Assembly: GCA_021613535.1 (NCBI GenBank)
Contig: CP075492.1
Location: 18,662,001 to 18,726,000 of the forward strand
Length of the DNA: 64,000 bases
Direction: 5' to 3'
From: Adineta vaga
Lineage: Eukaryota; Animalia; Rotifera
Shown in pieces: positions 1-13,073 of this stretch. The position numbers and the translations under genes are program-made. How positions within the stretch are numbered: the stretch's first letter is position 1; each line of letters begins with the position of its first letter. A model generated the notes under the pieces. The model made no database searches. It was given only the letters and a program-made list of their open reading frames with translations, and was not told the DNA's origin.

Positions 1-2266
1 CTAACCACCGATAGTTTTCTAAATTGTATCAGATAGAAGATATCAGATATTTACTTTCAATGTAAAATTTGAAAATTCTAATTTAAATTCAATACAAATC
101 AATGTCTAACCACCGATAGTTTTCTAAATTGTATCAGATAGCAGATATCAGATATTTACTTTCAATGTAAAATTTGAAAATTCTAATTTAAATTCAATAC
201 AAATCAATGTCTAACCACCGATAGTTTTCTAAACTGTATCAGATAGAAGATATCAGATATTTACTTTCAATGTAAAATTTGAAAATTCTAATTCAAATTC
301 AATACAAATCAATGTCTAACCACCGATAGTTTTCTAAACTGTATCAGATAGAAGATATCAGATATTTACTTTCAATGTAAAATTTGAAAATTCTAATTTA
401 AATTCAATACAAATCAATGTCTAACCACCGATAGTTTTCTAAACTGTATCAGATAGAAGATATCAGATATTTACTTTCAATGTAAAATTTGAAAATTCTA
501 ATTCAAATTCAATACAAATCAATGTCTAACCACCGATAGTTTTCTAAACTGTATCAGATAGAAGATATCAGATATTTACTTTCAATGTAAAATTTGAAAA
601 TTCTAATTTAAATTCAATACAAATCAATGTCTAACCACCGATAGTTTTCTAAACTGTATCAGATAGAAGATATCAGATATTTACTTTCAATGTAAAATTT
701 GAAAATTCTAATTCAAATTCAATACAAATCAATGTATAACCACCGATAGTTTTCTAAATTGTATCAGATAGAAGATATCAGATATTTACTTTCAATGTAA
801 AATTTGAAAATTCTAATTTAAATTCAATACAAATCAATGTCTAACCACCGATAGTTTTCTAAACTGTATCAGATAGAAGATATCAGATATTTACTTTCAA
901 TGTAAAATTTGAAAATTCTAATTCAAATTCAATACAAATCAATGTCTAACCACCGATAGTTTTCTAAACTGTATCAGATAGAAGATATCAGATATTTACT
1001 TTCAATGTAAAATTTGAAAATTCTAATTCAAATTCAATACAAATCAATGTATAACCACCGATAGTTTTCTAAACTGTATCAGATAGCAGATATCAGATAT
1101 TTACTTTCAATGTAAAATTTGAAAATTCTAATTCAAATTCAATACAAATCAATGTCTAACCACCGATAGTTTTCTAAACTGTATCAGATAGAAGATATCA
1201 GATATTTACTTTCAATGTAAAATTTGAAAATTCTAATATAAATTCAATACAAATCAATGTCTAACCACCGATAGTTTTCTAAACTGTATCAGATAGAAGA
1301 TATCAGATATTTACTTTCAATGTAAAATTTGAAAATTCTAATTTAAATTCAATACAAATCAATGTCTAACCACCGATAGTTTTCTAAACTGTATCAGATA
1401 GAAGATATCAGATATTTACTTTCAATGTAAAATTTGAAAATTCTAATTTAAATTCAATACAAATCAATGTCTAACCACCGATAGTTTTCTAAATTGTATC
1501 AGATAGAAGATATCAGATATTTACTTTCAATGTAAAATTTGAAAATTCTAATTCAAATTCAATACAAATCAATGTATAACCACCGATAGTTTTCTAAATT
1601 GTATCAGATAGCAGATATCAGATATTTACTTTCAATGTAAAATTTGAAAATTCTAATTTAAATTCAATACAAATCAATGTCTAACCACCGATAGTTTTCT
1701 AAACTGTATCAGATAGAAGATATCAGATATTTACTTTCAATGTAAAATTTGAAAATTCTAATTTAAATTCAATACAAATCAATGTCTAACCACCGATAGT
1801 TTTCTAAACTGTATCAGATAGAAGATATCAGATATTTACTTTCAATGTAAAATTTGAAAATTCTAATTCAAATTCAATACAAATCAATGTCTAACCACCG
1901 ATAGTTTTCTAAACTGTATCAGATAGAAGATATCAGATATTTACTTTCAATGTAAAATTTGAAAATTCTAATTCAAATTCAATACAAATCAATGTATAAC
2001 CACCGATAGTTTTCTAAATTGTATCAGATAGCAGATATCAGATATTTACTTTCAATGTAAAATTTGAAAATTCTAATTCAAATTCAATACAAATCAATGT
2101 CTAACCACCGATAGTTTTCTAAATTGTATCAGATAGAAGATATCAGATATTTACTTTCAATGTAAAATTTGAAAATTCTAATTCAAATTCAATACAAATC
2201 AATGTATAACCACCGATAGTTTTCTAAATTTTATCAGATAGCAGATATCAGATTTTTACTTTCAAT
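1..2266. repeat. 105-bp tandem array, ~21.5 copies, runs off the left window edge; probable left subterminal array of the KDZ element
   Basis: Unit ctaaccaccgatagttttctaaa(c/t)tgtatcagatag(a/c)agatatcagatatttactttcaatgtaaaatttgaaaattctaatt(t/c)aaattcaatacaaatcaatgt recurs at 1, 106, 211 ... 2206. There are no unique spacers. Confidence 0.97.
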
Positions 2267-2544
2267 ATCAAAATGGAAAACGCATATCGAAGAATGAGGT
2301 GAGTTTAATTGTCTCCGTTCAAAAAAGAAGTGCGAAGATGAGTATGAAGCGGACTTCTAATATGCATACATATACAGTATATATAGATAGAAATATATAG
2401 AACGAGGAATTAGTGTGGAAAGAGATGTTTGGAATACATATTTGTTATTGAATAATTTGTTGTTTTGAGTTATTTTAATAGGTAATATGAAGAATAGTTG
2501 TTCACAAGATAGTGGGCATTGTAACTTAAAAGATGGAAAGAAAA

Positions 2545-2780
2545 GAAGAAATTCTAACGCGTGTTTACGAACTGATCGAGGACAATTAATACTGAAGAAA
2601 GTAAGATAGAAAGAAAGAATCGGATATATGTATATCAGTTGATCGAGGGCAGTCGAAAGGAAAGAGGACGAGAAATGATCTAACACATGTATATCAGCTG
2701 ATCGAGGACAATTAGTGCTGAAGAATGTAGAAAAGAAAGAATGTAACATATGTATGACAGCTGATCGAGGGCAACGAAGT
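2545..2780. repeat. Degenerate repeat with four ctgatcgagg(a/g)ca motifs (two ~125-bp units)
   Basis: (c/t)tgatcgagg(g/a)ca near 2572, 2639, 2698 and 2761; ggacaatta..ctgaagaa.gta occurs twice. Confidence 0.7.
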
Positions 2781-3122
2781 AACGAACTGTTTAATCATCA
2801 TCAGATATCTTCCGTTGTATTCTGTATTCAGATGGTATTATACATTGTTAACTGTTTGATACTTGTGCTATATTTGTTTTCAGTACTATATAAGAAGATA
2901 CTGTTGAATTCGCATTCAGTATAAAACCTTTCAAGTAAATTTTTTTTTTATTAGATGGATTAGAAAACGCGCGTCTTATATGTCAGTTAAGTAATGAAAT
3001 CGAATTATCTTGATTTTGACGATTTGAATGAAAATCAAAAGTTTATCAAGTAATACAGTTTGAAATAAAATGATGTTTCTTGTTTATAGATATCAATAAT
3101 TGTTCAAATTTAATATTTATAA

Positions 3123-6100
3123 ATGTCGAAGCGTTCAGCTATTATTGATGATAAAACCATATCCGAAATGATGTTGAAGAAGATAACGGAAGCATCAGCA
3201 ATGAATGTTGACATGTCTAAAATTGTAAATTCGGAGCGAATGCAATTGTTAACAACCTACAAGGATATGTATAACTTTGATCCTTCCTTAACTTTTTTTC
3301 TATCACTAGCAATCATGTCGCATTTTGCTCAAAGCTCATATTACACGCACTATTCGAGCTCCGATCATTGTATCGTTCAATTATACTTTTGGCTCCTAGG
3401 ATCTAGTGGTATGTTCAAAATATTCGTTAAATATTTTGTTTTTCCTGTCACGACATCTTTCATGCGAATTTTTTTCTTTTGAGACTGCGTCAAATCTGTA
3501 AATATGTTGGTGTGAATATTTAGATATTTCAATGTTCGAAATTAGTTGTGTGGTAGTAATACTACAACAGTTTTTATGAAATTGAAGAGCCCGATATGTA
3601 TGAATTATTTGAATAAAAAGATCGCGAATGTAGAAATATTGTGTGTCATATAGAATAGATTAGTTAGAGAAAAATAATTAAAGATTAAATAGTGCAATAA
3701 AATCAATGAAAGCAATCGAGAAAGAGAGGCAGATGAAAGAAAGGAAAGAAAAAAAAGTATATATGTCTCTCCTATGGTTCTCTGTACGACATCTATCGAA
3801 AAAAAAGATATATGTGAATCTGTCTATAACATACACACAAATGTTATTACTTATTTAATGTATCTTTCATATTAAACTGTCGCAGCAATAAGTCGAATTC
3901 ATATTGAACAAAAATAATCTGGAAAGTAAAGAATGAATAAGATTAATGAATTAATAATTTATACATTACTGTAAAATCTCTTGAGAGCTTTGGTGTATGA
4001 AATTAATTATTGATTGCTTTATTTCATGTATCGACATTAGTTTACGAAAAGGAAATAAGTTATTTTGCTTTGTAATATCACGTCATTTTTATAAATAGAA
4101 GATTCTTATATGTCGAGTATTGATTTTTATAGTTGAGTACATCTTACAAAGATCTTTTAATGTTGTTTTTGGATTTCTCCTATTTCTTTTAATTATGATT
4201 TCTTTTGTGATATTCAAGGAAGTGGTAAAACACATGCATTCAAACAACTTGAAAAAGCTATCTCAAAAACTGAGAAAATGTTCTCAGCAACATATATGAA
4301 ACCGATTATGGTTAATGGTAGTCCAACTGAATCATCTGTATCATCGATTGTTACTCATACCAATCATATTGGTTTAAGACAACATCTATCTTCTAATAGT
4401 AAGATATTGTTAAACGATGATGCGGATGTAATTGCTGAGTCATATGGATTGTATAACGTAAATGATTTTACAAAAGAGCACGAACGAAATATCATACTTT
4501 GTGGATATGACGGGTAAAAAACAATGTTTAATATAGAGATATGTTGATTATATATCATCGTTATTAGCTTTGGTAAGTCATTCAGAACTACAGGAACAAC
4601 ACTTATACAAATCGAAGACAAGCGTTTGACAATTGCAATTGCTACTACTGGTGGTAAACTCTATAAAAACATGAAAAACTGGATCAATTTTACTGGTTTT
4701 GATGGTTCTCATAACAGATTTTTGTACATGAGTATTCCTAAATTAGGTTATCCAAGGCCTCAAGAGTAAATCTTATTAAGTGACTTTAGACTCATCGTTT
4801 TAGCTTTGTTATTTATAGTTTTCAGATCCGCATGAATTCAAAACACAATCCAACCTTTGCTCATCTAGCTGTGATCACTCATCTATTTGGTACTGTGCGA
4901 TTTGTTTTTGATATGTCACAAGCGGAACGTAGAAAATTTTGCAATGGTATTTAAATTAAGAAACTTTATGATAGATTCTTAGATTTTTTTTAATTTCCAT
5001 TTACTTACTTGCAGCTTCATTTGACGTATCATCAGGAGCACAGATTGAAGATGATCAAACACAACAAACTGGTTCTGCTATGTTCACATTATGGAATTTA
5101 ATTGCCGATTTTAACGAAATGCAAGATCAAATTCCAAATAAACAACGGCAAATTACTGATTTTTACGAAAAAATAAGGACAACTTTTCCAAGATTAGCAT
5201 GTTTAATGCAGCTATACATGAATGCTATGGTGATACTTGAACGTGTTAAAGATTTTGTTATATTTGCTGAAGGAGATCATCAAGATTTGATCATTAGCGA
5301 AGATTTTATAAAGAACGTCGATATGATAATAAAAACTGATTATCATAAATACGATAAAACATATTTACCACGTACCGAAATTCATCAAGAAGTAATGAAT
5401 CCCATGATAATTGTTCAAAAAGAAACCGTATTATCTGCATGGGGTTGGTATGAACACCATCTAAATGTGATTAAAAAATTATTTACAATTGATCATAATT
5501 TCCAAAATAAATCAACTGATATACCACCATCAATTTCACCCAAACAACAAACATTAAAACAGCTAATCATGTATTTGGATTTTAATATTTTTACATTATC
5601 GTCAATAAGTGTGAAACACCCTATCACGGAAAAAACGTATGTAAATGGATTTTTTATTGAAGCAAATGAATAATTTATAACTTATTTCTTGTATAGAGGA
5701 ATAATCAAGAATAGACCAGCTTTAGGTGAGAGAGCACTTCAAGAATTAATGAATGATAATTTACTCAAATTCAATTATTTTTTAACTGATATTCGTGGGC
5801 GTAATGTTAAATCATACATTAAAGTACCGGTGCCATATGAGGATGATCCAACACGAGATGTTTTTATTGCAAACTTATTGAAACATGGCATAGATTTTGA
5901 CGAGTATTGTTCCATTTATAAAACATCTTCACTTCCACCATATAATAATTTTTCAAGTTTAACGTTAGAAATCTTTGAACATAGTGCATGTTTTGTTAAT
6001 GAATATTCAAAGTATCGTGATCAATTAAATCATGTAATTCAAAAACATATCGAAAATTGCGTCATTCGTGAAGTTGTAGAAGGAAATTTTGTTATTCAGA

Positions 6101-7451
6101 ATGCAAATGAATTTACTCGTCAATATGAGGATATTGAGAATTTAGTCTTAAGCAATCAATCAAATCAAGCAAATAGCAAACGTCAATCTTTTAATATAAT
6201 AAATCAAACAAATAAATCAACAACACAATGTAGACATACAACAGTATCCATAGTCAATGTTTCTCGTGATGTTGTTGAAAAAAGTCAACAGGCACAGCAT
6301 CATAGTCCAAAAAGAACATCTTGTGATCAACAGAATGCTATTATAATAGGTAATTATTTCTTCGATTTCCAAATCTCTACATTTACTGATCGCTCTAAAT
6401 AGAAAATTTCACTACTGATGCAGATGGTTTATTAGATGACCCTGATAATTCGCTAATGTCATTATCTGAAAAATCAGGTGACGGTAAAGATGAATCTTCA
6501 AACATATCAACACAGAAAACCATGACAGATAGTATGTTGTTTATTTTGATTCTTTAATGAATTTTCTTTTTCTTAACAGTTACAAATAAAGGTGAACACG
6601 TAAGCGAACAAGCAATCAAAAAAGTCATGCAAAGCATAATGACTGGAAAATCAGTGATTTATACTAAGACAGACCTGAGCATGATATGTAATAAACCGAA
6701 TATCCGACTAACAGCAGTAGATCGTTTGATTGACGCTAAGCTACTTAAATATGAAAGTAATCTATGGATCGAACCGACTCGTGCAAAAAAACCTAAAAAA
6801 GATTTAAAACCTATATTTCGTCCAGGATGGTTAAAGTATGAATTACTTCATATAGTTGTTGTCATTTGTTCTTGGCTTTCGTTTGTAGAATGTGTCCATC
6901 TTCAAATTCAAATGCATCAATATTTGATTTTATACAAACTCTGCAAAAACATGTAAGTAGTCATGTTTCACTGGTTTAAAGTATCTCTAATAAAAAATGA
7001 TTTGATTTTTTTCCAGGTAAATCTTAGTTATGATGATTTTTTAAAATCATTTTATCCTCATTTAAAAGAGAATGTTTTTACACACAATAACTGGAGATTA
7101 TCAGATGAAGTAATCAAAATATTTCAATCAAATATATTTTACAAAGAACACGTTCGATATGACATCGCACGTTTTGGACCAAATGATATAATAAATAATG
7201 AGTTGGATGTAGCAAATCAATTAGCAACATCAACAGCGCCAGCATCACATTTGAACAATTTGCAAGAAGCAACAACAAACGAAAATATAATAGAGATATC
7301 TCAACAACGAATGAGTCATGATAGTGGTGAGGAAGAGGATATTACGTTTACTTGTCCATTGTCAACAAGTGTCAAAAGAAAACTTGGATCTCATACAAAT
7401 TTTCCAGAAAATCCAAGACGCGTGCAACCAAGTAGAGTGAAAAAAAATTAA
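3123..7451 (+). CDS. Multi-exon P-loop ATPase/helicase-like protein (DUF3987-like) with two probable C-terminal winged-helix-like repeats
   Basis: Splicing 3408^4219 gives LLGSSGSGKT (Walker A). Also ILLNDDAD (Walker B-like), LCGYDG^FGKSFRTTG, RLTIAIATT and GFDGSHNRFLY. Introns 3409-4218 and 4514-4567, and introns ending at 4818 and 5014, keep the frame. Later ORFs 5080, 5689, 6627 and 6963 are separated by short GT-AG gaps. Confidence 0.75.
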
Positions 7452-7699
7452 ATACTTCGATAGTATCTCTTTTACCAACAATATTTTATTATATCGACAA
7501 TTTAATGATTGATTTTATTCTCCTTGAACATATTTATAGTTATTAAATCTTTCCATTCGATTGTTCTTTTAATAATCATACTTTTAACTCATTTTAGATT
7601 ACTAATATAAAAGAAAGGAATAATTACGTTGTTTAATCAATATTTTAAACGTACATCTCTCCTATTATTTTCGATTATTTATTTTTATTTGCCAATTGA

Positions 7700-10277
7700 A
7701 TGAGTCAAAATAACCATTTTTTAACTTCAATGAGATCAGTAGAAATTACTGATGAAGAACATGGTTTTATTTTAATGATGCGAACCATGCGCTTGGATCA
7801 AATTATATGTGTTATGATGCTGAATAATTTTTTACCAAAAGAGTTACCTAACAAATTCGATCATATTGTCAATATAATTAATTTAAATTTTAACAAGTCT
7901 TATGAAATTCATACAATAAAAACGCTGATTGAATTCATTTCTATGCATCCGGTATATAATCAATTATTTCAACAACATTCATTAGATGAAATGATACAAA
8001 AATATCAAACAAATAATGTTGCTGGATCTGATGGTGTAAATGAACTATACTTAAAACCTTATACAATCGAGTGCATTCAATGTAAGAAACAGCTGAAACC
8101 AACATTTTCTCATCGTTCAAAGACTGTGATGTCGCTTGTAAGAACCTTCAAAGCACGTATGTAATTTTACCAGATATTTTGGTAATCGATTTATCTTGAT
8201 TCTCTCTAATAGTCATCAGCACTTGCGTTTGTCAAGATTGCAATATTCAAATATTTCCTAATTTTTACATTCATAACAACAAGAAGATTTTCACAGTTGA
8301 GTCGATTAAAAATGATCAATACATTTATTTAAATGGAAATCAAATCTTCGAACAAAACTTACTGATTGATTTTGATCATCAATTAGTTCAGAATACCGTA
8401 TCATTTGAAGGATATACTAATGCGTATAATTTAAAAATCAAAATGATTTTTGAAAGACAAAATCAATCATCATCTGTTATGCAAAGTACTAGTTATAACA
8501 TGTAAGACAATTTTAACTTAGAACATGACTAATATTTACTTACCTTTTACTTCTTAGCACCTATCTTAATGAAAGAAATTTTCAAATGGCTTGGTTATTG
8601 ATTAATGTCGTTAAATTTTTTTTTATGACTACTAATGAAAAATCTATTACTATACCAATGTCTGCACGTGACGTTGATGAATGTAATGATTTTTTTTTAA
8701 TGATTAAATCCGATCTTTATGAAAAATTTGTTAACTTTTGGACGAGACATCAAAGGTTCACAAGGACATGTGATCCAGCAACATGCTCCAGGGTATTCAT
8801 TGTGGATGGTCATCAAAAAGCTAATCGACTTATTTGTCAGCACAAAAACGTATTTGATAATACTATACCTGAACTTGGATCAGTGCAAGTGGGATGTCTA
8901 TATACTCCTCTGAGAAAAGGTATGCTTTTCATTTATTCGAATTACTAGAGTTCTATTATGAACGAATGCACATTTTCGTGGCAACTTTTAGAAATTAGTT
9001 AACGGGAAAAATCATCTTTATAAAGAATTGAGAGAAACAATAAATTTTTAGTAGATTTGGTTAAGTTCAGACGTAAACAGTTGGATATAATAGGTAATAA
9101 AGGAAGTATGCTGATGACTTTTTTATCCATTTCATTTTGTATCTCATGTACATCGAATGTAGTATTTGTTTTATAATACATCTTACACTCTCTTATCATA
9201 TAACGACAGAAAACGTAAGTATTACTTACTCTTATGCATAACTTTCGTTTTTTATCATTTCACTTACCGATCATTATTCTGTTTTTCCTTTTCCTTTATG
9301 ACCTTATTTTTTATATTTACGAAACAGATTTTCGAGATTTTTATATCGCTATAGAACATCATCATAAATCATGCTAAACGTTGTCATTTTTTTCGTACTA
9401 TTATGGTGGAAAGGACGAGGATATAGATATACTATCAATTTAACAATAGACTGTTTGGTTTTCCATCTTGATTGATGATTCTTCTTCTAATTTCATGTTC
9501 TTTGTATAGCTTCTAATGTTGACCACAGGTTCTGTCAACACCATCAACCACCAAGAGCATCATCAAGTGCAATTTATCAATTGATTGATGGGAATAAAGA
9601 AATAGATCTTGACAGATCAGCATTGATTCAGTATATTGACAAAGATGGCAGTTTTAACGATGAGTTGTGTAATGTGTTCAGATCTGGTATTAATAACATA
9701 TCAAAGATAAGTTCATATGGTTTTTTAGCTACTTTCTTGAATTGTTCGGTTATTGTTGGATTCACTGAACAACCATGTTCTGAAGGAAGTGAGTGTAAAG
9801 ACTTTATCTGGATTTGTTTAACAGTAACATCACTGTGTTTTAAAAATAATAGTGAGGCGTGTCCTTCATCATTTATTAACCATAAAGCGGTTCGGTCCAT
9901 TACCTGCAGCAATGTGTTATGATTGTGCATGTACTCTGAAACTCTTTGTTGAAAAACACTTTGGCTCAGAGAATTTGAAATCGACGAATTTTACTGCATT
10001 TCTTCCATCGCTAAGTATGGCAATCGATCGATTTCACGTGAAAAACCATAAAAGAGCTATGTGCAAAACAATAATGAGACCTGATCATGAGTGTCACAAT
10101 GGTATATACAATGCTATTAATACGCAAGTTGCTGAACAAGGTTTTGCTTACTTATCTAAGTTCAAAAATTCGTTCAGAGGATACAATTATCCGAAGTCAA
10201 CGATATTTTTTACAATTCTTTTTCATCTTAAAAATTGTACAATAACTGGTATCAGTCCGTTTGAACAATCAGTATAA
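7700..10277 (+). CDS. KDZ (Kyakuja-Dileera-Zisupton) family transposase with N-terminal CxC zinc-binding region, multi-exon
   Basis: CIQC...CVCQDC..FPNFY; FIVDGHQK..RLIC; RFCQHH; GFLATFLNCSVIVGFTEQPCSEG^MRR (intron 9789-9852); CYDCAC; IDRFHVKNH; NTQVAEQGFAYL. This is the D..D..H..E motif order of KDZ transposases. Confidence 0.85.
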
Positions 10278-10479
10278 AAACTTGATAGGTTTACACGTGT
10301 TTTTTTAAAAGTTTGACCATTATGATTCTTTTCTTTCGTTTGATTCATACCATTTCTAGTGAGCTTTAGTTTCGCTCTAAAAATGCTAAATAAAAAACAC
10401 TCGTGAATATTCTTTTCACGATTTTTCCGTATTATCCAAATTTAATGAAAGGCATGAAAATAATCACAGATAGTTCATG

Positions 10480-11157
10480 TCTACTTACCTGGTGAGTTTA
10501 TTAAAGAATGACACTAAATATCTGATATCTGCTTATCTGGTGAGTTTATTAAAGAATGACACTAAATATCTGATATCTGCTTATCTGGTGAGTTTATTAA
10601 AGAATGACACTAAATATCTGATATCTGCTTATCTGGTGAGTTTATTAAAGAATGACACTAAATATCTGATATCTGCTTATCTGGTGAGTTTATTAAAGAA
10701 TGACACTAAATATCTGATATCTGCTTATCTGGTGAGTTTATTAAAGAATGACACTAAATATCTGATATCTGCTTATCTGGTGAGTTTATTAAAGAATGAC
10801 ACTAAATATCTGATATCTGCTTATCTGGTGAGTTTATTAAAGAATGACACTAAATATCTGATATCTGCTTATCTGGTGAGTTTATTAAAGAATGACACTA
10901 AATATCTGATATCTGCTTATCTGGTGAGTTTATTAAAGAATGACACTAAATATCTGATATCTGCTTATCTGGTGAGTTTATTAAAGAATGACACTAAATA
11001 TCTGATATCTGCTTATCTGGTGAGTTTATTAAAGAATGACACTAAATATCTGATATCTGCTTATCTGGTGAGTTTATTAAAGAATGACACTAAATATCTG
11101 ATATCTGCTTATCTGGTGAGTTTATTAAAGAATGACACTAAATATCTGCTTATCTGG
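10480..11157. repeat. 48-bp tandem array, ~14 copies; probable right subterminal array
   Basis: Unit tctgcttatctggtgagtttattaaagaatgacactaaatatctgata; internal copies are identical. Confidence 0.97.
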
Positions 11158-11256
11158 TCAGTATTAATATAATTGGTGAGATATCAATAACTCAGTTAAA
11201 ATTCATTTTCAATGTTCTTCCAAAAGACAACTAGGACGATCATACGAACGCAATAC

Positions 11257-12141
11257 TCATGCGATTTCTATTGAGCAAAATGTTGAAAATTTTAAACTTT
11301 CGTAATTTTTATATTTTGAAAATTTGTAAATGCGAGTTTTGAAAAGTGGTACCAATTTGATATTTGTCATTCCTTGGTATGTATAACAATCATACAAGAC
11401 GTCAGATGTTATACCGTACATTAAAAGCATAAAGGAAAATGTTAGAGGAAGAAAACATATGAGATAAAGCAATGAAATAGATAATATTTGAATTGTCATC
11501 TTTCGAATTTTTCGCCATTGAATTACTTGTCGAAGACGATATTTTTGTCGTACAACACGTAAGAATAAAGCGATACTAAATATAAGAATTATAAAAATAG
11601 GAATTATTTGATGAGCTATTCCATCGTACATAGCAAATGTATGTGAATCATATGCACATGCATTTAAACATATCAAGAAAATATTAATAGTATTTTCACA
11701 TGATGGAAAGAAGTATGCGATGGTGTAGAATAAAAAACAATAGAAAATAATCACGATAAAAGGGAGATAATGAATAAAGAAACGTTTCTTTCTTGTTGAT
11801 ATCCATCCTTCATGAAAAATAAGAATATGTCTTTCGATAGTTGTCCAAGCAAAGAGTATTGTATGTGTGATGTATATCATCCAATCAAAAAATGACCAGA
11901 TTTGACAAAATATCATAGATCTTTCCCATATACCATCATGATAATAAAAATAGATCATCAATGGATATAATGTCACGTCCATAATAACACTAATGATAAG
12001 AATAAAAATAATCACGTGATTATTAAGAGCATGACGAAGTGTTCGATCAAAAAGAAAATTATAAAGAACAAATAATAAACAGAGAAATGATGGAATTAAT
12101 AGAAGAAGTAATGACCAAAACCACATTGCATTAGATATCAT
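11257..12141 (-). pseudogene. Intronless rhodopsin-like orphan GPCR, truncated before TM7
   Basis: Six hydrophobic segments, LRHALNNH, C in TM3, WTTIERHILIFH, RKMTIQILSIS..LP. After LYDCYTY (~11378) the ORF turns hydrophilic and no TM7 follows. Confidence 0.8.
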
Positions 12142-13073
12142 CGTTTGTAAGTAAAACAGTGTTTTTCTTGTGTTGAGATTTGAAATGAGAATGAAGAGGT
12201 AAAAGTTCTATCTTATATTCCACATGGTTTAGTTAATTATTCACGTCATATTGAATTATATGACATTTTTAATAAGTCAAAAAATGAAATAAATGTAGGG
12301 ATTGCAGCAGCCTATGTTGGGAAATCAGGACATTTTAAAACATGCTAATGCTGTTATTCGATATCAAATTTACATAAAAATAGGAAAAGAGTAACGATTG
12401 AGAGTCAATACTACAATTTGAATTGCTTTAATAAACATAAAAACAATTCCAGAGAAAATAAAATACGTCTTTCTGATTTTGTTTTTATTCTTTTCATTCT
12501 ATCCTCTCTTCAAATTTTCCTGCTTGTCATATTCATTATGTTGAATAAGAACGATTAGAAGAAGAATGTGAAACAACATAGCGCTAAACCAGATACGACA
12601 ATGTGTGGCTACTATTAAACAAGGAAGATTTGAATGATGAGCAAATGTGAAATATTAATATAAGTGTAAGAGTATGCTTTTGAAGCTTAGAAATAATCAA
12701 AGAATCAATTTAATCTGAAGAAAAAATAGAGAAAGTGATAATTAACTAAATTTACTTCCTATCGGAAACAGACCGTAAAATATCAGGATTTTTAATCAAA
12801 AACAGGAAAAACAAGATATTTTTAAAAATCAGAAAAGCAAACGGGCGCCAAGGCCTGTAATCAACATAGATAAGTCTTAATCGGAACTTTCAAATTTAGT
12901 CTGTTCGAAAAATTAATACAGATGACAAAATCTTGAGGGTGAGAATGTGGGCGAATAATAATACTTACACTCATACATTCAAGATCTCTCGTAAGAATGT
13001 ATTGGTGGAAGAGATCGAAAGCGTACATGATAATTTCGCTCAGATATACCCGGCGAATCAGAAGCTCGTCGTG

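Larger units (their letters stand above)
1..11377 (+). mobile_element. Large KDZ-type DNA transposon (ATPase gene + transposase gene, inverted subterminal arrays); left end not in window
   Basis: KDZ transposase motifs; two flanking tandem arrays sharing an inverted core; GPCR homology is lost abruptly at ~11377. Confidence 0.75.

Noticed and set aside
1-2266. CRISPR array
   Set aside because: Units are contiguous near-identical repeats with no unique spacers, there are no cas genes, and the context is eukaryotic.
2357-2924. ORFs 2357-2749 (-) and 2715-2924 (+)
   Set aside because: They overlap a degenerate repeat upstream of the ATPase gene and show no domain signal.
10477-11172. 231-aa repeat protein ORF
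   Set aside because: It is a by-product of a 48-bp (multiple of 3) array with no synonymous variation. The DNA motif shared with the non-coding left array explains it better.
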